A stretch of DNA of 62,990 nt, the filler included, from Saprolegnia diclina VS20 (taxonomy: Eukaryota): NCBI RefSeq assembly GCF_000281045.1. It is 5 parts of 2 records of this genome, joined end to end, with 100 filler letters (N's around TTAATTAATTAA, not from the genome) between each part and the next. Parts side by side here need not be neighbours in the genome. Positions count along the whole stretch, not along the records: positions 32,782 to 34,986 come from NW_008246079.1; positions 35,087 to 58,471 come from NW_008246079.1; 3 more parts are not named here. One strand, given 5' to 3'. Each line of letters begins with the position of its first letter. Position 1 is the first letter of the stretch. The notes under the pieces were generated by a model. The model was not told where the DNA came from, did not search any database, and was given only the letters and a program-made list of their open reading frames with translations. The position numbers and the translations under genes are program-made. Positions 33,769 through 46,568 of this stretch are shown one piece after another.

Positions 33769-34809
33769 TTACAAGGGCAAGTGGACAAAGCTCCAGAGAT
33801 AGGGCGTCGCGCCCAGCTGCGCCTGGCCAGCCGCCAAGTGCTTGGCGCCAACAGCTTCGCGGCGCTCCCATTGCGAGAGGAGGTCGCCGTACGCCATGTG
33901 TGCCTTGGCGGCCGCGGCCGACTCGATCGACGTCTGCAACTTGCTGCGCTCGTATGTCTCCAGCGCCGTCGTGAAGAGGCCTTCGGCCGAGACGGCTTTG
34001 CCCAAGCGGTGGTAGCCCGTCGCGAGGAGCACAAGCGTCCGCGCCAAGGGCAGCGAGAGCGCCGGCTGCGTTTCCTGGTACTTGAGCGCATACGAGAGCG
34101 CTTCCATGGCGTCTTCATACTTGGCTTGCAGCAAGTAGAGCTCGCCGAGGTTCGCATGCATGTGCGCCCGCAGGACGTCGTCGGTGGTAGCGTCGTCGAC
34201 GACCGCTTTCCACGCGCCAATGACTTGGCTAGCAACGTCGTCGTCCAGCGTGAGCTTTCGCGATTTCTTGTCCATCGTTGCATGCGTGGCAAGCACCAAG
34301 AGTGCTTCGGTGGCCTTGGCGTACGCCTCGGTCGACGCGATCGTCGCCGCAATCGGGTGACCGCCGAGCCAGTTGATCAACGGCAAATAGAGTGCTTCGT
34401 TGTCTGCGCTCATCGCGCCTGGCTTGGACAAGAGGCTGCGCGCGAGGGCAACGTCGCCAGCGAGCAGCGCGACGCGGATCGCTTGCTCCTTTCCGTGCAC
34501 CGCGTCCTTCTGAAAGAGCGCGATCGCGTCCTTCGTTTCGCCGAGCGACGCTAGAACCTGACCGAGCAGCCATGCCGTCTCGGTCGCGAGCGCCGGCGAG
34601 AACGACTCGCAGACCTGCAGCATGCGGCGCAGCGGCGGCACCGCACGGGCGGGCTGCGAGGATGCAATCAGGTCCTGGCTCTCCTTGAGCTCCGGAAACA
34701 TCGCGAGCTGCGCCGTGATGGCAGGGTCGGTCGTCTTGACCATGGAGGCGAAGCCGCGCATGCGCGATGGCCGGCGAACAGCGCGGGCAAGAGCGGAGCA
34801 CAGCGCCAT
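33769..34809 (-). CDS. TPR-repeat protein with predicted mitochondrial presequence
   Basis: MALCSALARAVRRPSRMRGFAS (Arg-rich, no acidic residues); TPR-like helices NLGELYLLQAKYEDAMEAL and LATGYHRLGKAVSAEGLF. Confidence 0.7.
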   Translation of the reverse strand: MALCSALARAVRRPSRMRGFASMVKTTDPAITAQLAMFPELKESQDLIASSQPARAVPPLRRMLQVCESFSPALATETAWLLGQVLASLGETKDAIALFQKDAVHGKEQAIRVALLAGDVALARSLLSKPGAMSADNEALYLPLINWLGGHPIAATIASTEAYAKATEALLVLATHATMDKKSRKLTLDDDVASQVIGAWKAVVDDATTDDVLRAHMHANLGELYLLQAKYEDAMEALSYALKYQETQPALSLPLARTLVLLATGYHRLGKAVSAEGLFTTALETYERSKLQTSIESAAAAKAHMAYGDLLSQWERREAVGAKHLAAGQAQLGATPYLWSFVHLPL

Positions 34810-34986
34810 CGTTGAAGGGCGACGAACTTTATGTGGTGTGTTGGTGGAATCTGGCAATGTGTCGTTTGATTGGCTAAAATGCTGCTGATTGTGCTCTAAA
34901 ATGGACCAATTAACATACAGTATTCGGTTGTGGGATTTCGGGATCTTTCGGCAGCCGCGTTGCAGTTGGCACTCAACTAACTGCTC

Positions 34987-35086
34987 NNNNNNNNNNNNNN
35001 NNNNNNNNNNNNNNNNNNNNNNNNNNNNNNTTAATTAATTAANNNNNNNNNNNNNNNNNNNNNNNNNNNNNNNNNNNNNNNNNNNN
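34987..35086. other. Artificial contig-joining spacer
   Basis: N44-TTAATTAATTAA-N44. Confidence 0.95.
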
Positions 35087-35160
35087 GTAGAAGAAATATA
35101 GATCTTAGAGCGCGAACGCAACTTCCCTCCCAGTGAACAGACGTCCTTCTTGCCGCCGCA

Positions 35161-36051
35161 TTAGAAGCCAAAGAGGACCTTGAGCTCGTCGTAGAGCACG
35201 AGAAGCAGCGCACTGCCGGTGCCGCGAATGACGTTGGAGCCCGCGCCTTTAAAGAACGCACTCGCACCTTCGTCCTTGAGGATTTTGCCCCAGCAATGGA
35301 GCGTCGACGTGTACAAGACGTCGGTGCGACCCGCCTGCATCATCATGCGCCGACGCACCGTGTCGAACGGGTATGCGACGAAGCCCGCGCCGGTGCTAAC
35401 GGCTTGGGCAGCGACCCACTTTTGCCAGAGCGGCGCGGTCGCACCCCCGAGCACATCGCGACACGTGTCGTAGCCGCCAAAGAACGCCGCACGGTAGACA
35501 ACGATGCCGCCAACCGAGACGCTGAAGCCTCGGTACAAGCCCTTGACGCCGTCCGACTTGTAGATCTTAGAGAGGCAGTCGACGAGGCCGTTGTAGAGGC
35601 GCGACTTGCCCACGCCGACGTCCGCACCGAGGCGCGTCCGGGCAAAGTCGAGCGGGTACACGAAAGCGAGAGTCGTCGCCCCCGCGGCGCCACCGGCCGC
35701 GAGGTTGCCAAAGAAGAAGCGCCCGAACTGGTCCTTCTGAACGCCATGCAGGAAAAAGGCCTTGTACTTGTCCTTGAGCGCAAAGTTGAAGGCTTGGGTC
35801 GGGAAGTACCGGATGACGTTGGCACCGTTACCGCGCCAGAGCGACGCGACGCCCTGCTCCTTGGTGAGCCGTGTGAGGCAGTCGAGAATGCCCGTGTACG
35901 GCGTTTTGATCTGCGTCGACGTGGCTTGGACCTGGAGGAGGAGCTTGACGCGCTCAATAGGCGCGACCGCGGTCTGGGAGATGGCCCCCGCCAGCCCCCC
36001 CGCGAGAAGGTCGGTCGCGAAGGAAGCTTTAGGAGAAGCGGTGGACGTCAT
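35161..36051 (-). CDS. ANT: Mitochondrial ADP/ATP carrier paralogue (divergent)
   Basis: [13 protein letters not shown], [21 protein letters not shown] and the RRRMMM signature. Confidence 0.9.
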   Translation of the reverse strand: MTSTASPKASFATDLLAGGLAGAISQTAVAPIERVKLLLQVQATSTQIKTPYTGILDCLTRLTKEQGVASLWRGNGANVIRYFPTQAFNFALKDKYKAFFLHGVQKDQFGRFFFGNLAAGGAAGATTLAFVYPLDFARTRLGADVGVGKSRLYNGLVDCLSKIYKSDGVKGLYRGFSVSVGGIVVYRAAFFGGYDTCRDVLGGATAPLWQKWVAAQAVSTGAGFVAYPFDTVRRRMMMQAGRTDVLYTSTLHCWGKILKDEGASAFFKGAGSNVIRGTGSALLLVLYDELKVLFGF

Positions 36052-37331
36052 GCTTTCAATTTGAAAATGGAACTTGGCCACAGCGTCCACAAATGGTCCA
36101 CAAGCAGGGTCGGAATGCGAGTGATCACGAAGGAGTTCGACATCGATACACAGCTGTCACCCCGTGTTATCACGACTACCGGTAGTCGGGCTGCTGTACT
36201 AGGAATAGATTTCTCTGTTCATCTATTCATCGACAATACAATTGCACCTCTCGACCTACTAGTATGTTGAACGCCAGCAGCGAGGTCCAGACAGCACGGG
36301 GCCTCTCTTCCTTTGGGAAGTTTAGTTCAACGAGAGTGTATTACGGCCGCCTCGTTGGTGGTGCCAATCATAATCATGGCACTGCAGCTTCAGATGGCTT
36401 GGAATGAAGATGTCTCATCCGTCCCCACCAACTGAAATTTGCCGGCGTGAGAAGCCCCAAAGGGCGACGCGAGTGCTTCGCGCAGCTAGCAGAGTGCTCC
36501 CTTCTACTATGTCGGCAACGTGGACTTGTGTTTGGCGAGCAGAGGTAATGGCCCATCTCCTGCATGATGTGATCCGCCAGTGCGTTTACGCCGCGCAGAC
36601 AAAGTTGACAGCAACAGGGTTGGTTTTTACTGCACGTTGGCTCTACCAAGGGATCCCTATTTCGCTACCATTGCCGGCAGTGCAATATGCGTGCTCTATC
36701 ACAAGCTCTTGTCTTGCTCTCACGAGTCGGTTCAAGGCACTTGACGCAAAATCGATGCTCGGAACCATATAGAAATGCGGGCTCGGAACGGCACCACATC
36801 GATGCAACGCGGGCGTGCCACGTCATGACGATGGCCATCGAATTCACTGCCATCTGATCGCGGCCGGTTCGATCTGCGATGCTGGCACATCCTCGGAGCA
36901 ACGCCGTGCATGTCTTCAACCGACCGCGGCAAGCGCTTTGAGCCATAGAGTCTCTGCAGACCTAGAGACCTTCAGAGATACGTTGCGAGCCCAATTCCAC
37001 AAGGCAAGCTCTTGTCGACAGCAGTAGCGCTGCTCGCTGCAGCTTCGAGAGCAAACAGATCTGAGTGCAGCATATAAGATCGCAGAGCAGCAGACTCTGG
37101 ACCTGAGCGCACTGACGTCGGCGTGTGCTCACGAGCCCGCGACATGTGCTGGACAGTATCCGGGCTGCTAACGTCTTTAGTGGGTGCAGAGATGATCTGT
37201 TGGGTGCAGAATTGTCTGCCAAGAGCAACAGGAAATAAGAAATGAGGTGTGCAAGGCCGAGCCATGTTCTATTATAGCAAGGAGGATAGCACAGATCTAG
37301 ATCTTCGATTTGCTAACACAAAAGGAATAAT

Positions 37332-38291
37332 TTATTCCGACGACGAGCCGCCCTCAAAGCCCATCATGGCCTTGAATTCGTCGTACATGACGAGGACGAG
37401 GGCACCACCCGTACCACGGATGATGTTGGAGCCAGCGCCCTTGAAGAAGGCACCGGCGCCTTCGTCCTTCATGATCTTGCCCCAGCAGTGGAGCGTCGAC
37501 GTGTACATGATGTCGGCGCGGCCAGCCTGCATCATCATGCGACGGCGGACCGTGTCGAACGGGTACGAGAGGATACCGGCGAACGTCGTGACGACCTGGG
37601 CGACCGCCCACTTCTGCCAGATGGGGGCGTTCTTGGGGTCGGCGATGAGGATATCACGGAAGGTATCGTAACCGCCGAAGAAGGCAGCACGGTAGACGAT
37701 GATACCGCCGACCGAGACGCCGAAACCACCGTAGAGGCCCTTGGCGCCATCCGACTTGTACACCTTGGTGATGCAGTCGACGAGGCCGTTGTACTGGCGC
37801 GACTTGCCGACACCGACATCGGCACCGAGGCGCGTACGCGCGAAATCGAGCGGGTACACGAAGAGGAGCGAGGTCGCGCCGGCGGCACCACCCGAGGCAA
37901 GGTTGCCCATGAAGAAGCGCCAGAACTGGTCCTTCTTGACGCCATCGAGGAAGAGCTTCTTGTACTTGTCCTTGAAGGCGAAGTTGAGCGCCTGCGTCGG
38001 GAAGTACCGGATGACGTTGGCGGCGTTACCGCGCCAGAACGACGACACACCCTGCTCCTTGGCGACACGCGTGAAGCAGTTGATGATGCCCGTGTACGGG
38101 TCCTTGATCTGCGTCGAGGCAGCCTGGACCTGGAGGAGGAGCTTGACGCGCTCAATGGGGGCGACGACGGTCTTGGAGATACCGCCGGCGACACCACCGG
38201 CCGCGAGATCCGTGAGGAAGGACACGACGCCCGACTCCTTCTTGTCGGCGGCCGTGGCCAACGGCTTCAAGTTAGCGTACTGGGTGAACAT
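37332..38291 (-). CDS. ANT: Mitochondrial ADP/ATP carrier
   Basis: [39 protein letters not shown]; strong codon bias. Confidence 0.96.
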   Translation of the reverse strand: MFTQYANLKPLATAADKKESGVVSFLTDLAAGGVAGGISKTVVAPIERVKLLLQVQAASTQIKDPYTGIINCFTRVAKEQGVSSFWRGNAANVIRYFPTQALNFAFKDKYKKLFLDGVKKDQFWRFFMGNLASGGAAGATSLLFVYPLDFARTRLGADVGVGKSRQYNGLVDCITKVYKSDGAKGLYGGFGVSVGGIIVYRAAFFGGYDTFRDILIADPKNAPIWQKWAVAQVVTTFAGILSYPFDTVRRRMMMQAGRADIMYTSTLHCWGKIMKDEGAGAFFKGAGSNIIRGTGGALVLVMYDEFKAMMGFEGGSSSE

Positions 38292-38305
38292 CTTGTGTCT
38301 TGGGC

Positions 38306-38321
38306 AAAATGCGAAGTGAGC
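38306..38321 (-). promoter_or_regulatory. INR/FPR core promoter of the ADP/ATP carrier
   Basis: GCTCACTTCGCATTTT 14 nt upstream of the ATG; CCAAT boxes further upstream. Confidence 0.6.
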
Positions 38322-39659
38322 TCCGACTTTGCCCTACGTGGCGACGCCTTTGCTGGCCACTGATTTTGGCGTCGGGCCGCAACTTTGCTGAAGGGCGGGA
38401 ACGACATCGGATTGGCCAAAATCCATGTAACCAACAATTTCTGCGCCTCCGATTGGCCCGAGATGTGTGGCCAGGTGCTATTGACGGAGCGGTCTTTTAG
38501 ACTCGATGTTTGTATCAGAATCCGTGGTTTTTTAAATAAATTGCCGAGGGGAACGGAAAGACGACGTGTTTCGTCAGCGCCTGCGACACGCGCGCCGACG
38601 GCGACAACGGAAGTCTCCTCCTTCGCCACTCGCCATCGCTTGGTGGCAAACACTTGTACCTGTCGACGCCAAGAAAACCACATTGACGATGACCACGATG
38701 GCGGCGATGACCACGATGGCCATGTCCTCGGACGACGCCGCTGCAACCGACAAGGGCAACCGACCTTGCAACTGACGTGGCAACGGCTGTGAGCGGCAAG
38801 CACACGATCTCGGTCGGCTTTTCTCGCTGCAACGACCCGTGCCGGCGGTTGCAGCAAAGCCGAAACGACGACGAGCCAGCGACGACGAGCCAGCGACTAC
38901 CGTGACCACCTCGCCGTGCGACCTGCAGCGCCAGCCACGCCAACGAGTCACCAGTCTCACACCCAAGACTACTCCCCAAGGCTCGAGTTGCTGCGCTGGT
39001 TTGTGGTGACCCAGGTGGACTTGCACCAAGTCCTAGCGTCGTCATTGTCTTTGGACACTTTGCATGGCGGTGTCGATACGACTGCGGGATACCGGCGATT
39101 ATAGGTGCGCTAACCGCCGCTGGTGCTTGTGCAGCGCAATGGAGCTTGCAGTTTATGTCTCGCCAGCCGCACATATGCCTGCTCGTAGGGCATGCGCTCC
39201 ACGGCAGGCAGTGGGTGGTGTATCGTCTCGTATGGTAGACGTCGAAGAGACCTTGCAGAGGTGTACGGAAGTCGTTGCCTGTCGCGAGACGAGCCCTGCA
39301 CGAGCATTGGACATGAGCAGCATCTTGTAGCAGAAGATCCTAGAGGACACGCGCATCCTTGGAGCAGCTTCGCCACCGGCAGAGGCGACGGAGCGGGGCG
39401 CTGCCGAGCCCCGATGCCACATCACAGTCAGTTGAGCCTGGTCCGGCTTCACTTCAACGTGGCGGCAAATGATGATGGTGAAAGGTCCTGTCTTGCATCG
39501 ACGTTTGTATTACGTAATCGGTGACGAGGCAGACGTGGTCCGACCGTGACGCGCCGAAATTAGTAAAATTCGGCATCGCGACCGGTTTTTACAGCACGGT
39601 TAGCGGTTACCTAACGGCTACAGAATCACTCGGAACGTGAGCACGCGGCTTTGAGCCGA

Positions 39660-42379
39660 TTAGAAGAGGTCAATGGCATCCGCGATCGAGGCTGTGCCAC
39701 GTACGAGCCTGTCCTGTGGCACCGCTTGCTCGGCGGTCAAGCAGCTCGATGGGATGAACACGGTCACGAGACCGTCGCCCGAGTCGAGTATGCGTAGGCG
39801 CAATAAGACCGGTGTGCCCCGGATGCGCCTCGCCCACCGCAGCGAGGCTGGGCGGCGGCGCGCCTTGGCCCGCACGCAGTACTGCAAGAAGACCACGGCG
39901 GTCACAATGTCCTTGTACACGCGCTGGGCCACGAGTCGCTTGATATGGGACTGGATCTTGACGGCGGCGCGCGTGAGCCGAAGCTGGAGCAGCGCCCGCG
40001 ATGCGACCCACCGCTGCATGTCGTACGGCGTCCGCATGCGCGTGCTGCATGCAATCGATAGCGTCGCTGGGCGCGGCTGTAGGAGGAGCGAGGCCTTGGG
40101 CAACGTCGACGCTGGCACTGCGTGCACCACAAGCGTCGTCGGGTCTTGAAACCACCGAAATACGTCAAACGGAGGCTGCGTGCAGAGCATCGTGGAGGGC
40201 ACGGCGCCCCATACTCGTAGCGTGAGCGCTCGGTCGTACAGGACGTTTCGGAAGCAGCTGCGACCGCGGTAGCCGCGCCATTGGCACTGAAGCCGCGTGC
40301 ACGCCTACCGAGTTGCAGGCCCGACAATTCGATAGAAAAAGGAGTCTACGTTGGATTTGAAGTGGCGCACGCGTGCCTCCAAGTCGTTTTGGGCGCGCTG
40401 GGTCGCTCGGCGCAGCGCCACGGACGCTGCCAGCTGTGCGCACTGCCCCCGGAGGCGGGAGAGGCGCTTGTGCTCGCCTTCGAGAAATGCTGCCCACGCC
40501 ACTTGCATCGGCGGCATCTTGGCGACGACGCGCCCGCGCGGTGCAAGCCCCGCAAAGACGAGCTCGTACCCGTTGGTGGTGTGCTCTATATAGAGCTGTC
40601 GCGCGAGCGCTTCGAAGAGCGATGGCCACTTGTGGGGCTCCTACAGTACGTCGGTGCGACCTGCCGACCTCAAGAGACACTGACCAAGACGTCCGAGCAA
40701 AACGTCGGCGACGCCGCGGATCGCAAGTGACTTGATGGCACATTCGTCGTATGCAGTACATTGGCGCAGACGTCGTAAGCGCGTACTTCGAGATGGTACT
40801 CGATCGTCACCTAGGACGTCCAACCATCAACCCGACAAGGAACGAGTCCGAGCACTCGCACGTGCATGGCCAAGAGACATCGAAACGGCATGTCGCCGCC
40901 TTTGTAATAGAGCACCGTCGACGCTCGGTAGACGCAAGGAAAGCGAATATGCCAGTGATGGCGCACCTACGACCTCTCAGTTCTTAGATCGAAATCAAGA
41001 TCGCACGCTGGCGCGCAGGCGGTGACGAAGGACTGTGGTAAACCACATGGACCAATGAGCGAGGCCGACGACAGAGGCGGTTGGGAGCTACGGAGTCGTA
41101 CACATTGTGTGCCTCCATGCCCGCAGTTAAGGGCGTTGCATACATCTCGCTTCAAGTAGAGCGGTGGCGACGCGAGCCGTTGCAGGTCGATGGCGCTGAG
41201 GAAGAGGTCTTGGGTCGTCGCGCTCTGCGGTTCATAGAGGCGCACGCAAAGTGTCTTGGTGGTTGCGTCGCTTTCGTAGAGGCTCACGAGGACGCGAGCT
41301 CCGTTGAGGAGAGCGTACGCCCTTGTGTACATGTGCATGGGGTCGCGCCGTAAAAACATCGAGTGGCGGTGCGGCACAGGCTCCGAGACAGCGCTCGTAG
41401 TTGTCAACCGCTGTGGCAGTGGCGCCATTGACGCCAGAGTCGCCACAACGGGTATACTTGGTTTGACTGGCACCGATCGGCTCTTAAACCGCATGAGAGC
41501 ACCGTCGACCTTGACGACGACAACGCCAGGCGCTTCTTCTTTGAGCTCTTTGACCGCGAGACGGCTCAGCGTCAACTGCGCATGATTCAAAAGCCGCGTG
41601 CATCCCGCGCGAAGCTCTGGTGCGCTAACACAGATCTTAGGCGTGTTTACCATTTTGTGGCGTACAGCGCTGGCTCGTGGAGAAAATGCAAGTCGAATTC
41701 CGTGTGCAAGGACGCCCACGTGTGCTCCAAGAACGTCTTTTGAGCCCTCGAGAGCGTTTTCTACTGACAAACTAGTTAGTTCACTAGGCTCGTTGTCGAT
41801 ATAAAGAGTGCCTTCGGTGATTTGGACGGGGACGATGACGACGACGCCGACGACGAATGGTCCAACGTCTACCATGCATCATGACGCACTGCAATGATTG
41901 CCTCTTCTCTACCTTGAGCTTGGTCAAGAGCTCTTGAAGCCGTCGCATCCAAGCTTCAATGGGCTGTTCCGTCTGTTCTCGGCCATGCTTGGGGCCTCTT
42001 CGTCCGGCGGCAGGAGCTCGCGCCACCGCGGTGATGACAGCCTTTGTCGCTGGTTTAAGAGAAGGCACGGAGCTTTGGTTGTTTGGTTCGATGGCCGGTG
42101 CGATAATCGGTAGAGGGCTCAAGGCCACGGTAGGACGCTTCTTTGCTTGCTTTCTTTTGATAGCGATCGGCTTGGGTGGGGACGCCCGTCGCGGCAGGTT
42201 CTCGATGCGCGGAGCAAAGCGCTTGTTGGCCAAGATCGCGCTCGGCATCTACGACGCCATTGCTCAGACTCGGCTTGTATCAATCTATCGACCTTGGCGC
42301 CGCACGACGGGCAGAAGCGGGCGATGATGCGGCACGTGTCATGGCACTCGGCGCAGCGCGAGTCCGGCGTCGTGTGCAT
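39660..42379 (-). CDS. Multi-exon hypothetical protein with N-terminal zinc ribbon and C-terminal IQ motifs
   Basis: MHTTPDSRCAECHDTCRIIARFCPSCG (two CxxC), intron to MPSAILANK; last exon AAVKIQSHIKRLVAQR..VVFLQYCVRAKARR. Internal exon structure not fully resolved. Confidence 0.55.
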
Positions 42380-42455
42380 ATCTTGGCGTGAATCGTCACG
42401 GCCTCTGATTGGTCCACCCGAATTGTCCGGAAAACGTCCGGAAAAAGATTGTGCC

Positions 42456-43568
42456 ATGGACGCGGAGGAGGCCGTCGTGGCGAGGGACATGGCCAGCTTC
42501 CTGCGGCAGGACGTGCTTGACGGGCTCGCGAGCACGAAGGAAGCGCTCATCCAGGCCGAGTCGCGCTGGATGCGCATGCAGGGCCAGGAGCAGGCGACGG
42601 GCAAGTCAATGAAGGCGACCGTCAAGACCGAGGTAACCCCAAGCGGGCCATTCCAGACATGGCTCCGACGAGCGTACTATTGCTACAGGGTGCGTCCATC
42701 TTGGAAGCCGACATTGAGCTCAACCTGCGGCGCGGATACCTCGTCAACTCCAAGTAACGACTCATTCGACGATGACAACGACGATGCATATGCTCGCTTG
42801 CTAGGCTACATGCGCCGTGTGTCTTGGACCAGCTCCTCGAGTTCCACCGTCTCTTGCACACGCAGTACCGCGCGATTNNNNNNNNNNNNNNNNNNNNNNN
42901 NNNNNNNNNNNNNNNNNNNNNNNNNNNNNNNNNNNNNNNNNNNNNNNNNNNNNNNNNNNNNNNNNNNNNNNNNNNNNNNNNNNNNNNNNNNNNNNNNNNN
43001 NNNNNNNNNNNNNNNNNNNNNNNNNNNNNNNNCCAAGCGTTGCGCAAGGCGGGCATGGCGGTGCGCCTTCCGAGCAAGCGCCGGTTTCCATACAGCGCCC
43101 AGCTCGACCACGTACGAATAGCTTGTCCTGTCGATGCTGAGAACGCATGCAGTGCTTTTCACCGCCGCTGCCAAGCGATATCCTCGTGGACTTTTCCGTG
43201 CACCAGGCGCGCGTGGTCGACCCAACATGTCGTCTTGACGACGCTAATGCGGTCCTTAGCTGGTTGAAGCGTTCGTCGTCGCGCCGTCGACCAAGCCCGT
43301 GGACGAGCTTCTCTCGAGCAGCGCGAAAAAGGAGTTTGTCGGTCAAGTCACGTACGCACCCCATGCAACTCGCGGTGTGACGCGTCTGCGTAGGCTCTTT
43401 CGCGGCCAATCGGTCGAGATTATGCGCCAAACAAGCGTGTGGCTGGACCTTCCGGGCTTGGAAGACTTGCTTGTGGTGCTCGACGACCAAGTCTCGCGGG
43501 TTACGGCGCTTCGCAACAAGGCCGACGCGCTTCTCCAGTGCGTCCCCAACGTTCTCCAGTGCACGTAA
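42456..43568 (+). CDS. Rogdi/Rav2-like protein (RAVE/Rabconnectin-3 subunit), multi-exon, contains a gap
   Basis: Exon pieces MDAEEAVVARDMASFLRQDV.., ILEADIEL, FSPPLPSDILVDFSVHQARV (resembles the Rogdi FxPxLPxDLxVxFxI segment) and a C-terminal leucine helix. Confidence 0.5.
42878..43032. other. Sized assembly gap (155 N)
   Basis: N run without linker. Confidence 0.95.
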
Positions 43569-43584
43569 CGACGCAGTGCAAGCT

Positions 43585-44337
43585 CTATTCTTTCGAGTGG
43601 GCAAATATACACTTGTCACCGAACCGGCAGGTGCCCGCTACGAATTGATTGCAGATCTTGGTCGCGCTCGTCTTGGCGCTGTGCTCAAACGAGCACTTGT
43701 CGCCGTACGAGCACTTGCCGCGCAGAAAGTCGTAGCAAACGCGCGGGCCTTGGACGACGAACTTGTCCTTCTTTGTGCGCACGCGCATGAGGTGCCACTT
43801 GCCAAGCTTGTGCTCGGCGAGCTGGTCGGCGCTCGTAAACTCCTTGACGCAAAGCTTGCACTTGAAGCCGACTTGGCCACACTCTTCGAGGTGCGCAGTC
43901 GTTTTCTTGTGCGCCAAGAAGTCGTCGAGGTCGGCGCCGATAAAGCCACAGGGCTTGCACGCAAACGGAACCTTGCCCACGATCTTGACCTTGGCCGGCG
44001 CCGCCGTCTTGGGCTTCTTGTGCGTGGCAACCTTGTTCGATTGGCAAGAGACCTTGGGCAAGAGCTCTTCCGGGAGCGATGGGACAACGTCATTCTGGTA
44101 CTCGGACAGATTCACGACGGCGGCCGGCGCCTCGTCGCCGCTCTCGTCGTCATCGCTCGAGCTATCGGAGTCGTCGTCGGAGCTCGAGCCGAGGTCGGCC
44201 TCCAGCGCCTTGATCTGCGCTTCGAGGTCATCTTCCTCGGCCTTGGGTGCGGCAATGATCGCATCGGCCGACTGCTGCAGCCGCTTGGCCATCGGCAGCA
44301 ACGCGGCCGCCTCGCGCTCGCGCGTCCGTTTGCCCAT
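43585..44337 (-). CDS. Zinc-finger protein (two C2H2 matrin/JAZ-type and two CCCH fingers)
   Basis: CKPC..H..H, CKLCVKEF..HKLGKWH, CYDFLRGKCSYGDKCSFEH and CNQFVAGTCRFGDKCIFAH. Confidence 0.88.
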   Translation of the reverse strand: MGKRTREREAAALLPMAKRLQQSADAIIAAPKAEEDDLEAQIKALEADLGSSSDDDSDSSSDDDESGDEAPAAVVNLSEYQNDVVPSLPEELLPKVSCQSNKVATHKKPKTAAPAKVKIVGKVPFACKPCGFIGADLDDFLAHKKTTAHLEECGQVGFKCKLCVKEFTSADQLAEHKLGKWHLMRVRTKKDKFVVQGPRVCYDFLRGKCSYGDKCSFEHSAKTSATKICNQFVAGTCRFGDKCIFAHSKE

Positions 44338-44915
44338 CCTTTCGATTTTGATCGCATTTTGGCCAATCAGTTTCGTGCAGCCGTTTTAGCCAATCCTCGC
44401 GCTTGCTAGCGCACGACTTCCCATTCGCCAATATCGAGGAGGTCGGCCCAATCCGACGCGCGACTGAACGCACGCAACTGACCGCTAAGGTTACGGTGCC
44501 ATCCCCTGCGAAAGGACGAGGTCGCACCCTCGCGTGCGTTCGATCGCTGAACCCATCGCCCTCCTGGCGCTATCAACGTGCGACCATAGGCCATGACGCT
44601 GCAGCTATCATCGAGCGCGACCGATCGCTCTGCCAAGTAAAATTTGCCGCCGACTGTCCCCTGCACACCTTTATTCTTTCACCAGAAGCAGACGCTTAAT
44701 GAGACTGGGCTGGGTCCGGCCGCTTGAGATTCGGGGACTGACGGGGGCGCGTCGTCCGTCGACGCGCGGCACTGCATACTGTGGGAGGCCGCGGTGGCAA
44801 GCGCCAAGTTGCGTGCACATAGACTATGGGAGTGACACGCGCCACCTGGCAACACACATTCCTGCGAGTTGAATTTGATGTCCCATTTGCACAAAAGCGA
44901 GAAAGGACGACAAGG

Positions 44916-46522
44916 ATGACGCGGGTCGCGTACACGGCGCTCTTCTTCGTGAACGCAATTCTAGCGACGGCCTTGCGGGCCTTTGGCGACGGTGGCCTCG
45001 TCGCCATGCGTCGGTCATGCGCTCATGCACGGGTGCGTAGGCTTCCTCAAGCACGTGTGGTCCATCGACGGCTGCGACGACCCGGCCGACGTGCACTGCG
45101 TCGGCAACCAAGCCGTGTATCGGTACGAGCGCTACCATGTTGCGCCACCTTGATCGATGCAACGCAGGACGAGCTTTGCCATCTGCTGCTTCTTCGCCTT
45201 GATGGTTCTCTTGAGCGCGCTCTCGGAGCGAGGGCATGCCAACTGCTGCTGCCTCTGGTGCTTCCAGCTCCCGTGCTACGGCGCGCTGGTCGTCATCTCC
45301 TTTCTTATTCCAAGCGGTCCGTTGCGGTATTGAAATGTGGTCTCAGCGTTGCGATAGCGTTCTTTGAGGGCTATGCGTGGCTGGCGCGTGTCACATCGGT
45401 CTTCTTCCTCGTCCTCCAGATCGTCATTATCATCGACTTTATGTGTACATCCTGCCTCTGCGATGTACACTTTGACGCTTGAATGTAGACAATGTGCGCG
45501 ACTACCTCATTGACCGCATCGACGCGGCCGAAGCCGACGCCGAGTCGACCGCGTCGCTCCTCGGCACCTCATTACCGCCCGCGAATCGCAGCTGGATCTG
45601 GAAGGGCATCTACTTGGCCATTGTGCTTGTGTGTCTCGGTGGCGCGCTCACTGGCATTGCCCTCATGGTACACCCCCTTGCGCCCTACACTATCGCTGAT
45701 TCGATGGTAGTACCAGTACTATGGCGACTGCGCGATTGGCTCGTCGTTTACAACGGTCACGCTCGTGGCAATTCTGGTTGCGACCGGCATTAGCAGTACG
45801 TCCACCATCCTTCTACGATAGCTCATGCGGTGGCATTATAGTCACCGAGTGGGCGGGCACAGGCTTGATGCCGCCGTCGATCGTGGCCGCCTACGCCGTC
45901 TTTCTCTGCTACCAAGCGCTCGCGTCCAACCCGAACGCGCTCGTACTGACGCACGGAATCGATATGGGCGCTGATGCCGCTTTGGGATAGTGCAACCCGT
46001 TCTCGCTTGTCGAAGCTCACGCGCACACCAACACGATCGCGTCGGCGCTGCTCGGTGCCGCCACGATCACGTGGACAAGGTAGCCAGCATAGTCTCGACG
46101 TGGTGGTTGGACGTACTCCTGTAGCTGGTCGACGTCGTCGTCGGCGTCATCGGCGCTGCAAATGCACCGAACGGACGAGGTATGGATACGCTGTTTCGAC
46201 AGCGACAGAGACTGTACATGCTGTAGTCGGACTTGGAGCTGGCGAAGAAAGCTACCGCCTCGGACGCCGACACGCCGAGTTGGCAGTTCCATCTCGTTAT
46301 GGTCTTTGGTGGGCTCTACATGGCCATGGTCCTCACGCAATGGGGCTCGTCGCATGGGTACGCTTGCAGTGAATGTGCGGGATGTGCCAGCCTTGTTGTA
46401 GGCAAGAGCAAGGGGCCGTCAATATGTGGGTGCAGATCGTGTCCCAGTGGATGGTGCTGCTCCTCTATGTGTGGACGCTCGTGGCGCCTCGGCTCTTCCC
46501 CGACCGTGACTTTAGCATCTAA
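44916..46522 (+). CDS. SERINC: Serine incorporator (Serinc/TMS-TDE) membrane protein, many short exons; start approximate
   Basis: [78 protein letters not shown]. Confidence 0.88.
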
Positions 46523-46568
46523 GAAAACACATGCAAATGACCTATTATGCGCAATAACCCGCTACATG

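Noticed and set aside
38680..38775. Short tandem GATGACCACGATGGC repeat and mini-ORF MTTMAAMTTMAMSS
   Set aside because: Two-copy duplication only; no convincing gene model.
44916..46522. Serinc as part of the lipid/AOS cluster
   Set aside because: Universal housekeeping gene about 16 kb away, across three artificial linkers and unrelated genes.
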